The translations under genes were made by a program, and so were the position numbers. Source: a candidate division FCPU426 bacterium (GTDB lineage Bacteria; Oederibacteriota; Muellerivitia; Muellerivitales; Muellerivitaceae). From it: a DNA stretch of 64,000 bases. The notes under the pieces are model-generated. The model was given only the letters and a program-made list of their open reading frames with translations. It was not told the origin of the DNA and made no database searches. This document shows positions 1 through 10,794 of the stretch, piece by piece. The stretch lies in NCBI GenBank assembly GCA_963847625.1, contig CAWKAR010000039.1:64001-128000 (forward strand), written 5' to 3'. Numbering within the stretch: position 1 is the first letter of the stretch; each line of letters opens with the position of its first letter.

Positions 1-2
1 TG

Positions 3-218
3 GGGGACATAGGGGTCGAAACCTGGAAGTCGCAATATACCTACCCCCAGGTGGATTATCGCACTAACGATTATGGACTAGGGCTTGCCTACGACATTCC
101 TTGGGGCGGGGCCAAGTTGGAATTCCGCTATAAGTACCTTGAATTCCACGACAATTACGTTCCCGGGAACAATTATTCCGGAAACCAGTATTTCTGCAAA
201 GTTAAGTTTTTGTTTTAA
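3..218 (+). CDS. C-terminal fragment of an outer-membrane beta-barrel protein (5'-truncated by the window)
   Basis: Frame 3 is open from the window edge: GDIGVETWKSQYTYPQVDYRTNDYGLGLAYDIPWGGAKLEFRYKYLEF...NQYFCKVKFLF*. Amphipathic beta strands and a terminal Phe (BAM beta-signal). Confidence 0.75.
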   Translation, partial: GDIGVETWKSQYTYPQVDYRTNDYGLGLAYDIPWGGAKLEFRYKYLEFHDNYVPGNNYSGNQYFCKVKFLF

Positions 219-250
219 CCTTTTGAAAAGGATTATTGGATAAGAAAGAA

Positions 251-2518
251 ATGAAAAAAGGCCTTCAAATTCTTATAGGGTTTCTTCTCTTAAGCCCGGC
301 ATTGCCTGCCCGGGCTGATCATGGGCGTTTGGCCACGAATATCCGGGATTCCTGGATTAATCTGGGCGTGGCTGAATTGGTATCATCAGGATTGGCACAG
401 GACCCGGGTAAGCCCATCAACCAATTGACTAACCTCGAAGTGGCTCAATTGACGGCCGAGGCCTCCCAAAAATACCTGGCCCAAGCCGATCTCAACCTTC
501 CGGCCCCGCCTTCCGCCGATGAGCCGGCCCTGCCGCCGGAACCTCCTGCGTCCCTGGCCGCACCCCCGCCCCTGTCGGGAATGGATTCCACGGCAACCCC
601 ACAAACCACCCTTCCCAGCAAGAGCATGACGGATCTTGTAGCGGAATTCCGGAATGAGCTGAGCGCCATGGGGGTTGATGTGGATAAATTGGAACAAAGA
701 ATAAATGATTCCAAGGCCCGAAATGAGGTTTTCGCCGCACTCCAACAAAAATACCTAAAACGAACCGGAACGGATTTGGGAGGGTTCTCCAGGGGTTTTG
801 TCTACGACTACCGGGGATTCGGCACCAATGCGGTCTATCCTGCCATGGAATATAACGCCGCCATGTTCATGGAGTGGGATTTGAAAAGCATCCCCATCCC
901 CACCGTTTTGTTTGATGCGCGCATGAGGCTGTGGCGTTCCATGGGCATGTATTACCAGGACCCCTTCGAGCCTGACTATCAACTCAGGTGGATTTCCTTA
1001 ACGGATTACAATGATTTCGCCAGTTTCACCGCCGGAGACTTTTTCAAAAGCTATACACCCCTGACCCTTTGGAATTACGAAGTGCCCGTTTACACCTTGG
1101 TGGAACCGGCATCCTTCCACCGGGTTCGTAAGGATACGGAAGAACTGGCTTATGTGGACCATGGCTCGGACTGGCACATGAGGGGAATCCAGGCTTCCAC
1201 TTCCTTTGATTGGCCCAAGGAAATGTTCCTCAGCGGGTTTGGTTTGCAGGCCATGGTGGGAACCATGATGAACGGGGGAGGTTTCAGTTTCAGCAGTTAT
1301 TACGCCGGAACCCAGGGGTCCATCAGCCTTTTCAACGATTTCTTGACGGTCAAGGGCACCGGATTGCGTCTTTGGGACGATATCAATTCAGCAAATCCAA
1401 ACATCGACCAAAACCTTTATATTCCATCCGCCTTTCCGAAGGAATACCAAATCGGAAGCCTGACTGGTTCCGTCTCATTCATTTTCAGCGACAAAGCAGA
1501 CTTGGTCGGGACCGTTGAGGGTGCTTTCAGCCAATATTATGACGACCTGTACGACACTTCGAGGGAATTCCAGGATTGGGCAATACTGGGCAACGCCTCC
1601 TTGGATATTCAGGGGGTCCACTTCACCGGCAAGTACCTCAATGTCGGCCCGAATTTTTATTCCCCTGGGGCTCAAACCAACCGGTATACCCCGGCGGCCG
1701 GCTTTCAAGGCTACTGGAGCACGACCATGAACGGGGTGGATGACGCCTTGCCGGGTTACTTGGACGACTTCGTGTTCCAAAACGTCAGTCGGCCCTCTTT
1801 CGCTCCCTACGACCGTTTATCCGAGAATTTTCTTCCTTATGGGGATTCCTCGCCAGACCGGAAAGGCATCGTGTTGGGCTTTTCGGGCGAATTGGGGGAT
1901 AACAAGTGGCTGAAGCCGCAAGCTTCTTATCTTCTCAACGCCCAGGAAATCCAACCCAATTATGTTTTACAGAGTAGCAACAGCATCATCCCTGTGGACA
2001 GCAACACCACCACGACGGTGGCCCGTGTTTTTGGCGGCTATGAGGGGGCCTTGACTCTGGATTTCGCGAAAGCCTTAAACATGAAAGGGAAGACCTATGA
2101 CCTCCAATTCGATTACAAACACCAGACCACGGATTTAGGCGTGGGAGCGAGCCCCTTTACAGTTAATACTATTATCGCGGCCGTGGATTTCAACATACCC
2201 CTTCATTTCGCATCCCGCTTGGTTTGGTCCGCATCCTTGGAACAGGCCCAAGCCAGCGGCAGCGAGTACGTATTGTCAGGCGTTGGTAGTCCACCGACCT
2301 TGGCAAATTATGCCTTCTATCTGGACCCTCAGAACCAATTTATCTATCAGTCTTTGAACATCACCCGGGACATTTTGGCCTTGGGGGCCATGTACCCCAT
2401 CAGCGACAAAATCGATCTTCGATGCGATTGGTTTTTCGTGGATTACAAGTGGACTGACAACCCTGACTTCGACCGCAGGGACCAAATTTGGAGAATGACG
2501 TATGAAGCGCATTTCTAA
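251..2518 (+). CDS. Large outer-membrane beta-barrel protein with N-terminal SLH-like motif, Pro-rich linker and coiled coil
   Basis: Signal peptide from ATG 251 (ORF track starts at 236). SLH-like DSWINLGVAELVSSGL...LTNLEVA, OmpM-like stalk LVAEFRNELSAMGVDVDKLEQRI, terminal YEAHF. Confidence 0.75.
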   Translation: MKKGLQILIGFLLLSPALPARADHGRLATNIRDSWINLGVAELVSSGLAQDPGKPINQLTNLEVAQLTAEASQKYLAQADLNLPAPPSADEPALPPEPPASLAAPPPLSGMDSTATPQTTLPSKSMTDLVAEFRNELSAMGVDVDKLEQRINDSKARNEVFAALQQKYLKRTGTDLGGFSRGFVYDYRGFGTNAVYPAMEYNAAMFMEWDLKSIPIPTVLFDARMRLWRSMGMYYQDPFEPDYQLRWISLTDYNDFASFTAGDFFKSYTPLTLWNYEVPVYTLVEPASFHRVRKDTEELAYVDHGSDWHMRGIQASTSFDWPKEMFLSGFGLQAMVGTMMNGGGFSFSSYYAGTQGSISLFNDFLTVKGTGLRLWDDINSANPNIDQNLYIPSAFPKEYQIGSLTGSVSFIFSDKADLVGTVEGAFSQYYDDLYDTSREFQDWAILGNASLDIQGVHFTGKYLNVGPNFYSPGAQTNRYTPAAGFQGYWSTTMNGVDDALPGYLDDFVFQNVSRPSFAPYDRLSENFLPYGDSSPDRKGIVLGFSGELGDNKWLKPQASYLLNAQEIQPNYVLQSSNSIIPVDSNTTTTVARVFGGYEGALTLDFAKALNMKGKTYDLQFDYKHQTTDLGVGASPFTVNTIIAAVDFNIPLHFASRLVWSASLEQAQASGSEYVLSGVGSPPTLANYAFYLDPQNQFIYQSLNITRDILALGAMYPISDKIDLRCDWFFVDYKWTDNPDFDRRDQIWRMTYEAHF

Positions 2519-4901
2519 AATAATCCTCTTTTCATTCATAGGCTTTTTCCTGGCTCAGGTGAAAAGTGTGGCTTTGGCGGGCGACAACCTTTTCACGGTT
2601 GTCCCGGCCAATGACTCGACCTATGAGAGCCTCCAGCAACTGGAACAAGCCGGGTTGCTGACTTCCGGATCTTCCCGCGCGCCCCTTACGCGTTTTGAGG
2701 TTGCCGGGCTTATCATGAAAGCCCAGAAAAAATACGACGAGATCGTCGTAGCCGATTCCGATTTGGATCTTCCGGCCCCTTCGGATATGACAATCACCCC
2801 ACCTATTTCCACTCCCACTCCTGCTGCGGCTGCACCTGCGGCGGCTGTTCCCGCTAAAACGGCAGTTCCCACGCTCTCACCCACGCCTGATGAGGCGGTT
2901 GTGCTGGCACAGGCATTGAAAAGCCTGCACAACCTGAAGGAGGCCTATCAATATGAACTCGACCGCGTAAAAGGCGATGTGAAAATGACGGAAGACCAAG
3001 AAACCACCGTGGAAAACTCACAATATGCCCTTTGGAAACGTCTCCAGGGAATCACTGAGTACCCCACCATCACCTGGCATGGGCTGGGGAGAGCTTTTGG
3101 TATTTCGCGGCAATACTGGGGCGATCCGGCATATTCCTCCTTGGGTTCAGCCGAGCGGGAAGGTTTCGGTTACCTGGATTTTCAGCCCATAGGGGTGGTT
3201 TCTAAACAAGTTCGGTGGGACGCGGTTTTGAGGTATCAAACGGCTTTTGAGTCGAACAACTATCCCGGCATCGATTGGTTGTTGTTCCGCAGAGCGACCA
3301 TGGAATTCAATCCTTCCTGGTTTTCCGCTACAGTGGGGGATTTTGAGGAATCCTATACGCCTTTGACCCTTTGGAACCGAAACAACCTGGATCTGCGTTA
3401 CATGCCCGAAATGTACCAGCGCGCCGACGATACTTACAAATATGAAAATTACCTGAACCAAGAGCCGGATTGGCCGTTCCGGGGCGCTCGCGTGGGAACC
3501 GCACTATTGTGGCCCGAATCGGATCTTATGGACCAGTTTAAGGTTTCCGTCATGACGGATATGATCCGGAATGCTTTCGACGATAACAATAAGGTTGGTG
3601 TTTTTTACGGTTTCGACCAATTCACCGGCTGGATTGTCGGAACCAACGGCGAGATCAAACTAAAAAGGTGGTACTTAGGCGGCGGAACCTCCCTCCAACT
3701 GGCATTGGACGCCTATGGACTGTTATTGGATGATCCCCTGAACACCAACAAGCCTGGAGCTCCCTATTCTCCCTATAACCCGGATACTTGGGGCCATCAA
3801 TACCGGATTTCCAGTCTCAAGCCTTCCGTAGACGCCGGGGTTGGAGGGGATACGTCCATCGGGATGGTTTGGGAGTGGGCTTCCGTCACATATGTGGACG
3901 ACAAAATGGATTCATTGAAGAATATGGAGGATTATGCGGTGATGGGCGGACCCTATTTGCGGTTCGGCAAATCAAAAATATCATTCAATTACCTGAACGT
4001 CGGCCCCTATTTTTATTCTCCCCTGGCCCAAACCCGCCAGGACGAGGTTTCAGCCCCTACGGCAGCCTCGCCGGTGGCATCCGGATTCTTGCCGACTTCC
4101 GAGCTCTTTACACCCGCCTTGCGAAGCCGGTTTTTCCTCAGCGATGTGCCCCGGCCAGGTGAAATTTACAGTTTCTACGACCGGACCCAGGATAATACCT
4201 TCCCTTATGGATTGGGGACTCCCAACCGTCAGGGAACTGGTTTTGAAGTGGACGTTAAAACCCTTCCTAAGGATTCATTGAAAATCCTTGGATCGGTCTA
4301 TTTTGTACAGGAAATCAGTGGTAACCTTGTTGTGGACAGCGCTGGAACGGGTTATGTGCCTGTGGACGCACCGCCATTTGAGACGGTTCCCGTCCGTAAT
4401 TTCACCTATGTGAATATTGGATCTTCATTCAATTTGGGACCCGTCATCGGAATGGGCCGGGATTTGGTACTGGGGACCAATGTCCGTTACGAAAAAACCA
4501 CCAGTTCGATTGGGACCTTAACCAGTATTTGGGTTTTAGGGGGGGTGAAAATCGGGGTTTTGGATGGATGGGATGTTTCCGCATCCTACGGGAGTCAAGC
4601 GGTCACCGGAACGGAAGCTGGTTATGTTTACGCTGATTCCACCGGGGTTTCGCACCAAACCTTTTTGGCCCGTTATCCCTATCTTTTCGACAATTCCGAT
4701 TTGGGCTATTACCAACCATTTAGTGTCAACGGTACCAACCAGAGCGTCCAGCTGTCCAGCGAAGTCCGGACAAGCCGGAATACGAGGTTTTACGCGGATT
4801 ACGGCTTCACCAGTGGCGATGTCGTACCCTATGTGGGGACTGCCAACACGGGGACCTTGCATAACGAGTTTATGGAGTTGACTTATGAAATCCAATTTTA
4901 A
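2502..4901 (+). CDS. Paralogous SLH-like/coiled-coil outer-membrane beta-barrel protein
   Basis: Signal peptide, SLH-like VPANDSTYESLQQLEQAGL...LTRFEVA and a Pro/Ala linker. Shares SYTPLTLWN, NVGPxFYSPxAQT and PYGxxxPxRxG with the upstream paralog. Terminal YEIQF. Confidence 0.75.
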   Translation: MKRISKIILFSFIGFFLAQVKSVALAGDNLFTVVPANDSTYESLQQLEQAGLLTSGSSRAPLTRFEVAGLIMKAQKKYDEIVVADSDLDLPAPSDMTITPPISTPTPAAAAPAAAVPAKTAVPTLSPTPDEAVVLAQALKSLHNLKEAYQYELDRVKGDVKMTEDQETTVENSQYALWKRLQGITEYPTITWHGLGRAFGISRQYWGDPAYSSLGSAEREGFGYLDFQPIGVVSKQVRWDAVLRYQTAFESNNYPGIDWLLFRRATMEFNPSWFSATVGDFEESYTPLTLWNRNNLDLRYMPEMYQRADDTYKYENYLNQEPDWPFRGARVGTALLWPESDLMDQFKVSVMTDMIRNAFDDNNKVGVFYGFDQFTGWIVGTNGEIKLKRWYLGGGTSLQLALDAYGLLLDDPLNTNKPGAPYSPYNPDTWGHQYRISSLKPSVDAGVGGDTSIGMVWEWASVTYVDDKMDSLKNMEDYAVMGGPYLRFGKSKISFNYLNVGPYFYSPLAQTRQDEVSAPTAASPVASGFLPTSELFTPALRSRFFLSDVPRPGEIYSFYDRTQDNTFPYGLGTPNRQGTGFEVDVKTLPKDSLKILGSVYFVQEISGNLVVDSAGTGYVPVDAPPFETVPVRNFTYVNIGSSFNLGPVIGMGRDLVLGTNVRYEKTTSSIGTLTSIWVLGGVKIGVLDGWDVSASYGSQAVTGTEAGYVYADSTGVSHQTFLARYPYLFDNSDLGYYQPFSVNGTNQSVQLSSEVRTSRNTRFYADYGFTSGDVVPYVGTANTGTLHNEFMELTYEIQF

Positions 4902-5793
4902 CCGGCAAAAAGAAACCAGAATCCCTGTCCGGAAGACCCTTTCGGTCCGAATAGCAATCGGTTTTGCTATCGCTTTAATTCCATTAATCGCAGGTTTTTT
5001 GGGCTGTAAAAACAGCGTGCCTTCTTATGGAACCTATCCTGACCCTGGTTCCACCTTGGACTGGAGCACGGTGGCTAATTTTGATTCCAATTCCGCCACC
5101 GTCAACCCGAACCTTTTTGAATCGAGTAATCCCCCCACCTACAAGTTGAAAACGGTGGGTGGCGCTGTTACGGCGGTAAACGACTGGTCGGCTTACATTA
5201 CTATATCTTCGAACCCACCCACTGTGCAAAACAACACCGTTGTCCTCGGCGGGGCTACCACTTTGACGATCCCATTTGCACCCTGGTTGGACAGTCCCGG
5301 AGCGGCCGGCACATCTCATGCTTTCCACGTGACCGGCGCGCTCATAGACCCGGGAGATTATTCAAGCTTTGACTCGGTGAAATTGCAAGCTCAGATGGAG
5401 GGAGGCGGGTTTTATGACGCCAGTTTTTTCACGGGGGTCAAGTACTACCTGAAGGTGGCAAGCGACGACAGCACGCTTTACCGTTTTTTCAGCATCCCGG
5501 TTTACCAGACAACCAGCCCCGTTGGGGGCGGTGGATGCATGGGCGGGCCGAGGCTTTGCGACGATTCTTTCGCGGCGGATTTCAGCAGCGGCACCGGCGG
5601 CCAATGGAAACTATTCAGCTATAAATTCTCTGATCTGCATCAATTGCAACCCGGTGTCATCACGAATCCGCCCACTTTGAGCGGGGTCAACCTTCAGCAG
5701 ATATTTTTCTTGGAATGGGACGAGGGCAGGAACAATCAACCCGGTGTTTCATATTTTGATTTTTGGGTGGACGACATCGAGTTCTTTAAGTAA
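4885..5793 (+). CDS. Lipoprotein with a CBM11/CIA30-like (galactose-binding-like) domain
   Basis: Lipobox FLGC, DASFFTGVKYYLK, C-terminal FDFWVDDIEFF. Confidence 0.65.
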   Translation: MKSNFNRQKETRIPVRKTLSVRIAIGFAIALIPLIAGFLGCKNSVPSYGTYPDPGSTLDWSTVANFDSNSATVNPNLFESSNPPTYKLKTVGGAVTAVNDWSAYITISSNPPTVQNNTVVLGGATTLTIPFAPWLDSPGAAGTSHAFHVTGALIDPGDYSSFDSVKLQAQMEGGGFYDASFFTGVKYYLKVASDDSTLYRFFSIPVYQTTSPVGGGGCMGGPRLCDDSFAADFSSGTGGQWKLFSYKFSDLHQLQPGVITNPPTLSGVNLQQIFFLEWDEGRNNQPGVSYFDFWVDDIEFFK

Positions 5794-5832
5794 CGGGGAG
5801 TCCGACATCAGGTTTGACCCCGGGAGGTTATC

Positions 5833-6750
5833 ATGAAAGGCATATGGCTTCGGACATCGTTGGTTTTATTTTCCGCGGTATTTACCGCGGGAGTATTGTG
5901 GCTTTCCCAGGGCTGCAATTATCAAATACCGTCCTTGGCGGCGGCAGTGGCCACTCCCCAGGCCACGAACGTGGTCAGTAATTTCACAAACGGTTCCTTG
6001 AAGATGAACCCTTCGTTAAAGGGTGCTGACGGCGGTTATTTCCAGCAGATCACCTATGGGGGAGCGCCGGGGCTCACCAACATGATCAACAACAGCCTCC
6101 AGCCCAATATCCTGGAGGCGAATCCCGGGAACGGAAGCAGCGTATACGCGGTCCATCTTTACGGGGCGCAGTACGACTATTGCGCGACAGGCCTCGGTTC
6201 GTCCACTTACCCCGCCTTCTTTCTTTACGGTTTCTTGAGCAACGATCCAGTGAAGCATTATCTCTTCGACCTGAGTCCATTTACAGGCGTCAAGTTCGAT
6301 ATCAATATCAAGATCGATGATGGAGTGGTTCTCGGCACTCAAAACACCACCAAAACCCAGGATGGTGCTTATCAAAGAATGTTCGCCATCGGCGTGGCCC
6401 AACAAACCCCTCCCACCAACGATCCGGGAGGCATTTGCCCTCCCTCCTTCAGCTCCAATTGCTATGACTATTATTGGGGGGATAGTAGTGCCTTTCCCGG
6501 CCCCGGGTCGGGATGGAGTCCGGTCAGTTTCCTTTTTTCCAATTTGACAACTTCGACTTGGGGCGTAAACCTTGGTGCCTTGACTGACCCTTGCAACGGC
6601 ACAATTAACTATTCCGGAGTTTCTCTCCCTTGTCCATCCAGCGGTAGTATGCTCACACAGGCCCTTTTTCTCATCTGGAAATTCGGAGACAACGGCGCCT
6701 GCCACAACGTTTATGTGGATTTTTGGGTGGATAACGTCGCGTTTTATTGA
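5833..6750 (+). CDS. Paralogous lipoprotein with a CBM11/CIA30-like domain
   Basis: RBS GGGAGG, lipobox SQGC, DLSPFTGVKFDI, C-terminal VDFWVDNVAFY. Confidence 0.65.
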   Translation: MKGIWLRTSLVLFSAVFTAGVLWLSQGCNYQIPSLAAAVATPQATNVVSNFTNGSLKMNPSLKGADGGYFQQITYGGAPGLTNMINNSLQPNILEANPGNGSSVYAVHLYGAQYDYCATGLGSSTYPAFFLYGFLSNDPVKHYLFDLSPFTGVKFDINIKIDDGVVLGTQNTTKTQDGAYQRMFAIGVAQQTPPTNDPGGICPPSFSSNCYDYYWGDSSAFPGPGSGWSPVSFLFSNLTTSTWGVNLGALTDPCNGTINYSGVSLPCPSSGSMLTQALFLIWKFGDNGACHNVYVDFWVDNVAFY

Positions 6751-6763
6751 GACCTATGGGTTT

Positions 6764-6800
6764 AAGGCGGCTCCAAAATCTGGCGCCGCCTTTTTTATTT
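6764..6800 (+). terminator. Intrinsic terminator of the barrel/lipoprotein operon
   Basis: AAGGCGGC...GCCGCCTT stem followed by a T tract. Confidence 0.75.
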
Positions 6801-6911
6801 AAAAAATGAATGGATTCTTCGTTTGGCGAAGAAATATTTCATTTCTTCTTTTTGGAAATCCCCTACCCTATACTAGACCCCTTTAAAACCCAATATTTAA
6901 GAGGAAAGCCC

Positions 6912-8711
6912 TTGGCTCTGGAACACATTCGAAATTTCTGCATCATCGCCCATATCGACCACGGGAAGAGTACGTTGGCGGACCGTTTACTGGAGTTCAC
7001 CGGCGCCATACCGCCCCGGGAGATGCGCGCCCAGATCATGGACCAGATGGACTTGGAACGGGAACGGGGCATTACCATCAAGGCCAAGGCGGTGCGGTTT
7101 TTTTACCAGGCCCGGGACGGCAAGACCTACGAAATGAACCTGATCGATACGCCCGGCCATGTGGACTTCAATTACGAGGTTTCCCGCAGTCTCAAGGCCT
7201 GCGAGGGTGCCCTCCTTTTGATCGACGCCTCCCAGGGGGTGGAAGCCCAAACGCTCGCTAACGCCTTCCTGGCCATGGAACAAAACCTGACCATCATCCC
7301 CGTGATCAACAAAATCGATCTGCCGGCCGCCGATATAGTCCGTTGCAAGGCTCAAATGGAGAAATCTCTTGCTTTGGACAGTTCCGAGGCCATCCTGGCT
7401 TCGGCCAAGGAGGGAACGGGTATCCAGGAAATCCTGGAGGCGATTGTTAAGAGGGTTCCGCATCCTAAGGGTGAAACCCAGGAGCCCCTGAAAGGACTGA
7501 TCTTTGATTCCATGTTCGACCCGTACCGTGGAGTAATCGTCTTCGTCAGAATGTTCAACGGTGCGATTAGCCATGGCGCTCGGATGAAATTCATGGCCAC
7601 GGGCAAGGTCTTTGAGGTAGAGGAGGTCGGCGTCTTTAAACCTAAAATGGAAAAATCGGAAAAACTCTCGGCCGGGGAAGTCGGTTACGTGGCCGCCAAC
7701 ATCAAAGAAGCCCGGGACGCCAAGGTGGGGGACACGATCACGGAAGAATCCCATCCCACGGACAAGCCCCTGCCTGGCTTCAAGGACGTCCTGCCCATGG
7801 TTTTTTGCGGCCTTTATCCCGTAAACTCCGAGGATTACAACGACCTGAAGGAAGCGCTTGAAAAACTCAAGCTTTCGGACGGGGCTCTTTCCTTCGAACC
7901 CGAGACATCGGTGGCCTTGTCTTTCGGTTTTCGCTGTGGTTTCTTGGGGCTTCTTCACATGGAAATCGTCCAGGAACGGCTGGAAAGGGAATACGGCTTG
8001 AATCTCATCGCCACCGCCCCCAGTGTGGTATATCGGATTCTTAAAACCAACGGGGAGGTCATGATGGTGGACAATCCCACCAAGCTTCCCAATCCATCCG
8101 TGATTGATGAGATCAACGAGCCCTACATCGACGCCCGCATTATTACGCCCTCGGATTACATCGGGGCCGTCATGACCCTTTGCCAGGAAAGGCGTGGCAC
8201 TCACAAGGACACCCATTTCCTGGATCCAGCCCGAGCCCAGATCACCTACGAGATGCCCCTCGCCGAGGTGGTCATGGATTTCTTCGACCGGTTGAAAAGC
8301 GGAACTAAGGGATACGCCTCCCTTGACTACGAACCCATCGGCTTTCGTCCCGGGGACGTGGTCAAGGTGGACATCCTATTGAACGGGGAACCGGTGGACG
8401 CCCTGTCCTTCATGACCCATCAGGACAAAGCCGAGGCACGGGGCCGGGGAATCGCCGGGAAACTCAAGGAAATCATTCCCCAGCAACTATTCGAGGTACC
8501 CATCCAGGCCGCCATCGGAGGAAAGATCATCGCCCGGGAAACGATTCGGGCTCGGAGGAAAGACGTGCTGGCCAAATGCTACGGCGGTGATATCACACGA
8601 AAACGCAAGCTTCTGGACAAACAAAAGAAAGGGAAGAAGCGAATGAAAGCCATCGGCCAAGTGGAAATCCCCCAGGAAGCTTTTCTGGCGGTCTTGAAAG
8701 TGGAAGAATAA
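6912..8711 (+). CDS. lepA: Elongation factor 4 (LepA)
   Basis: [46 protein letters not shown] start at 6912 after GAGGA. Confidence 0.98.
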   Translation: MALEHIRNFCIIAHIDHGKSTLADRLLEFTGAIPPREMRAQIMDQMDLERERGITIKAKAVRFFYQARDGKTYEMNLIDTPGHVDFNYEVSRSLKACEGALLLIDASQGVEAQTLANAFLAMEQNLTIIPVINKIDLPAADIVRCKAQMEKSLALDSSEAILASAKEGTGIQEILEAIVKRVPHPKGETQEPLKGLIFDSMFDPYRGVIVFVRMFNGAISHGARMKFMATGKVFEVEEVGVFKPKMEKSEKLSAGEVGYVAANIKEARDAKVGDTITEESHPTDKPLPGFKDVLPMVFCGLYPVNSEDYNDLKEALEKLKLSDGALSFEPETSVALSFGFRCGFLGLLHMEIVQERLEREYGLNLIATAPSVVYRILKTNGEVMMVDNPTKLPNPSVIDEINEPYIDARIITPSDYIGAVMTLCQERRGTHKDTHFLDPARAQITYEMPLAEVVMDFFDRLKSGTKGYASLDYEPIGFRPGDVVKVDILLNGEPVDALSFMTHQDKAEARGRGIAGKLKEIIPQQLFEVPIQAAIGGKIIARETIRARRKDVLAKCYGGDITRKRKLLDKQKKGKKRMKAIGQVEIPQEAFLAVLKVEE

Positions 8712-8736
8712 CGTCTAAAGGAAAAGAGGAAAATAA

Positions 8737-9471
8737 ATGGAAAACCTGAATTACTATCTTTACGCTGCGGCGGGCGTACTGACTCTTGTGGAAATCCTCC
8801 TGAAATGGGTTTTTACCTCGATCCGCCAAAACCAGGGCCTGAAAGGGATGGTGGAAACGGCCGATTCGCTTTGGGTGGCCATTTTGCTGGCCCTAGCATT
8901 GAAAGCTGTCCTGCTCCAGCCATTCACCATTCCCTCCGGCAGCATGGAGGATACCCTCCTCGTCGGCGATTATATACTGGTAAAAAAGTACGAATACGGT
9001 TACTCGGTTTGGAACAGCACTCCCCGGTTTCTGCAATTCAAGAAACCGCAGAACAGGGAAATCCTGGTTTTCGTTTATCCCGGGGACCACACCAAAGACT
9101 TTGTCAAGCGATGCATCGGAATACCAGGAGATGTGATTGAATATAAAAAAAAGGAACTTTATGTCAACGGGATCAAACAGGTTGAACCCTATGTCAAGCA
9201 TATCGATCCTACTTATGAACCTCCAGGAGATTACTTCAACGGGAAACGGGATAATTTTGGGCCGGTCACGGTGGAATCGGGACATTACTTCATGATGGGG
9301 GACAACCGGGACAACAGCATGGATTCCCGCTACTGGGGCCAATTGGACGAGAAACTCATCAAAGGAAGGGCCTGGGCGATTTACTGGCATAGCCTTCATT
9401 TTTTCAGCTTGGGCGCCCTTTGGGACTCGCTCAAATTTTGTTTCCACCGCATGTTTTCAGTGATTCATTGA
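8737..9471 (+). CDS. lepB: Signal peptidase I
   Basis: IPSGSMEDTL, DFVKRCIG, MGDNRDNSMDSRYWG; follows lepA. Confidence 0.95.
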   Translation: MENLNYYLYAAAGVLTLVEILLKWVFTSIRQNQGLKGMVETADSLWVAILLALALKAVLLQPFTIPSGSMEDTLLVGDYILVKKYEYGYSVWNSTPRFLQFKKPQNREILVFVYPGDHTKDFVKRCIGIPGDVIEYKKKELYVNGIKQVEPYVKHIDPTYEPPGDYFNGKRDNFGPVTVESGHYFMMGDNRDNSMDSRYWGQLDEKLIKGRAWAIYWHSLHFFSLGALWDSLKFCFHRMFSVIH

Positions 9472-9591
9472 TAAGTAATCCCGGCGAAAGTGGAGATAAA
9501 GTAAGAAATTTTTTGTTACTGAATGATTGGAACAGCGGCTAAATCGATTAATTTAGTAAATCAGGATACGTCAATTGGCTTATTTGTTCTC

Positions 9592-10698
9592 ATGAACATT
9601 TATATTCATATTCCCTTTTGCGCCTCCATTTGCAACTACTGCGATTTTACCTCTTTTGTCGGTCAAGACTACAAGATGGCCCCCTATGTTGATGTCCTTT
9701 GCCGGGAGATCGGGGCATCCACCCTGGAAGGTCCCTTGAGAACCCTCTATTTCGGCGGAGGAACACCCTCAACCCTTCCCGTCCCGCTACTGGAGAAGTT
9801 ATTAAGCCGTATTAAAGCCAAAGTGTTATTTAACCCCGATATTGAGATTTCCTTGGAGGCTAATCCTGAAACCGTTGATCTTCCCAAATTGGCAGGCTAC
9901 CGGTTCTTGGGCGTCAACCGCCTGAGTTTCGGAGCCCAGGCCTTTCAAAGGGAACTTTTAAAAGAATTAGGCCGGGGACACGATTGGAACCAGGTTGAGC
10001 TATCCTTTCATGATGCGAGGACGGCCGGTTTTGAGAATATCAACCTAGACCTGATGTTCGGTCTTCCGGGACAAACGCTGGAAATGTTCAAGAAATCCGT
10101 TGAAAAAGCCGTGGGATTGGGCCCGGATCATTTGTCCTTATATGCTTTACAAGTGGAAGAGGGAACTCCCCTGTTCAAAAAGGTCAAACGGGGTTTGGCC
10201 TTGCCCTCCGAAGATGAGACGGCGGATCGGTACGCGTTTGCACAGGAATTCCTCGCCCGGCAAGGATTCGAGCAATACGAGGTCTCCAATTTCGCCCGCG
10301 CCGGTAAACATTGCCGCCACAACTGGAACATTTGGCGGGGTGAGGATTACCGGGGTTTTGGGGTCTCGGCGGTCGGGACCGTGAAGAACACCCGATATTC
10401 CCACGGGGACAACTTGGAAGAATACCTTGAAAACGAAGGCAAAGGCCCCTCTTTGCACCTGGAAAAACTATCCAAATCCATCCTCGCATTCGAAAAAATT
10501 ATGCTGGGATTACGGACCCGGGATGGAGTTTTGAAAGAGGATGTCGAACGGTACGCTGATTCAAGAGGAATATCCTACAAAGACAAATTCGCCGCATTTC
10601 TAAGGGAAGGCCTTTTATCATTGACGCAAGGCCGGTACAGGGTCACACCCAAAGGCTTCTTTGTTTTAAACGGGGTTTTGGAAGCTTTGATGGCTTAA
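9592..10698 (+). CDS. hemW: Radical SAM heme chaperone HemW (HemN-like)
   Basis: YIHIPFCASICNYCDF, YFGGGTPS, YEVSNFA...HN; lepA-hemW-hrcA context. Confidence 0.9.
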   Translation: MNIYIHIPFCASICNYCDFTSFVGQDYKMAPYVDVLCREIGASTLEGPLRTLYFGGGTPSTLPVPLLEKLLSRIKAKVLFNPDIEISLEANPETVDLPKLAGYRFLGVNRLSFGAQAFQRELLKELGRGHDWNQVELSFHDARTAGFENINLDLMFGLPGQTLEMFKKSVEKAVGLGPDHLSLYALQVEEGTPLFKKVKRGLALPSEDETADRYAFAQEFLARQGFEQYEVSNFARAGKHCRHNWNIWRGEDYRGFGVSAVGTVKNTRYSHGDNLEEYLENEGKGPSLHLEKLSKSILAFEKIMLGLRTRDGVLKEDVERYADSRGISYKDKFAAFLREGLLSLTQGRYRVTPKGFFVLNGVLEALMA

Positions 10699-10750
10699 GA
10701 ATTATCCTTACTTTCCAGGTTTTTATTACCGATGGATCTGGGATAGGAAG

Positions 10751-10778
10751 TTGACTTTCCATGATCTCAACTTATTAT
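10751..10778 (+). promoter_or_regulatory. Putative sigma70 promoter of hrcA-grpE-dnaK
   Basis: TTGACT-16 nt-TATTAT just upstream of hrcA. Confidence 0.45.
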
Positions 10779-10794
10779 TAAGGGGCTTTAACAC

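Noticed and set aside
6987..8216. 409-aa minus-strand ORF and similar long antisense ORFs (12588-13448, 32360-33070, 51848-52534, 63020-63799)
   Set aside because: Shadows of well-supported plus-strand genes; no recognisable motifs.
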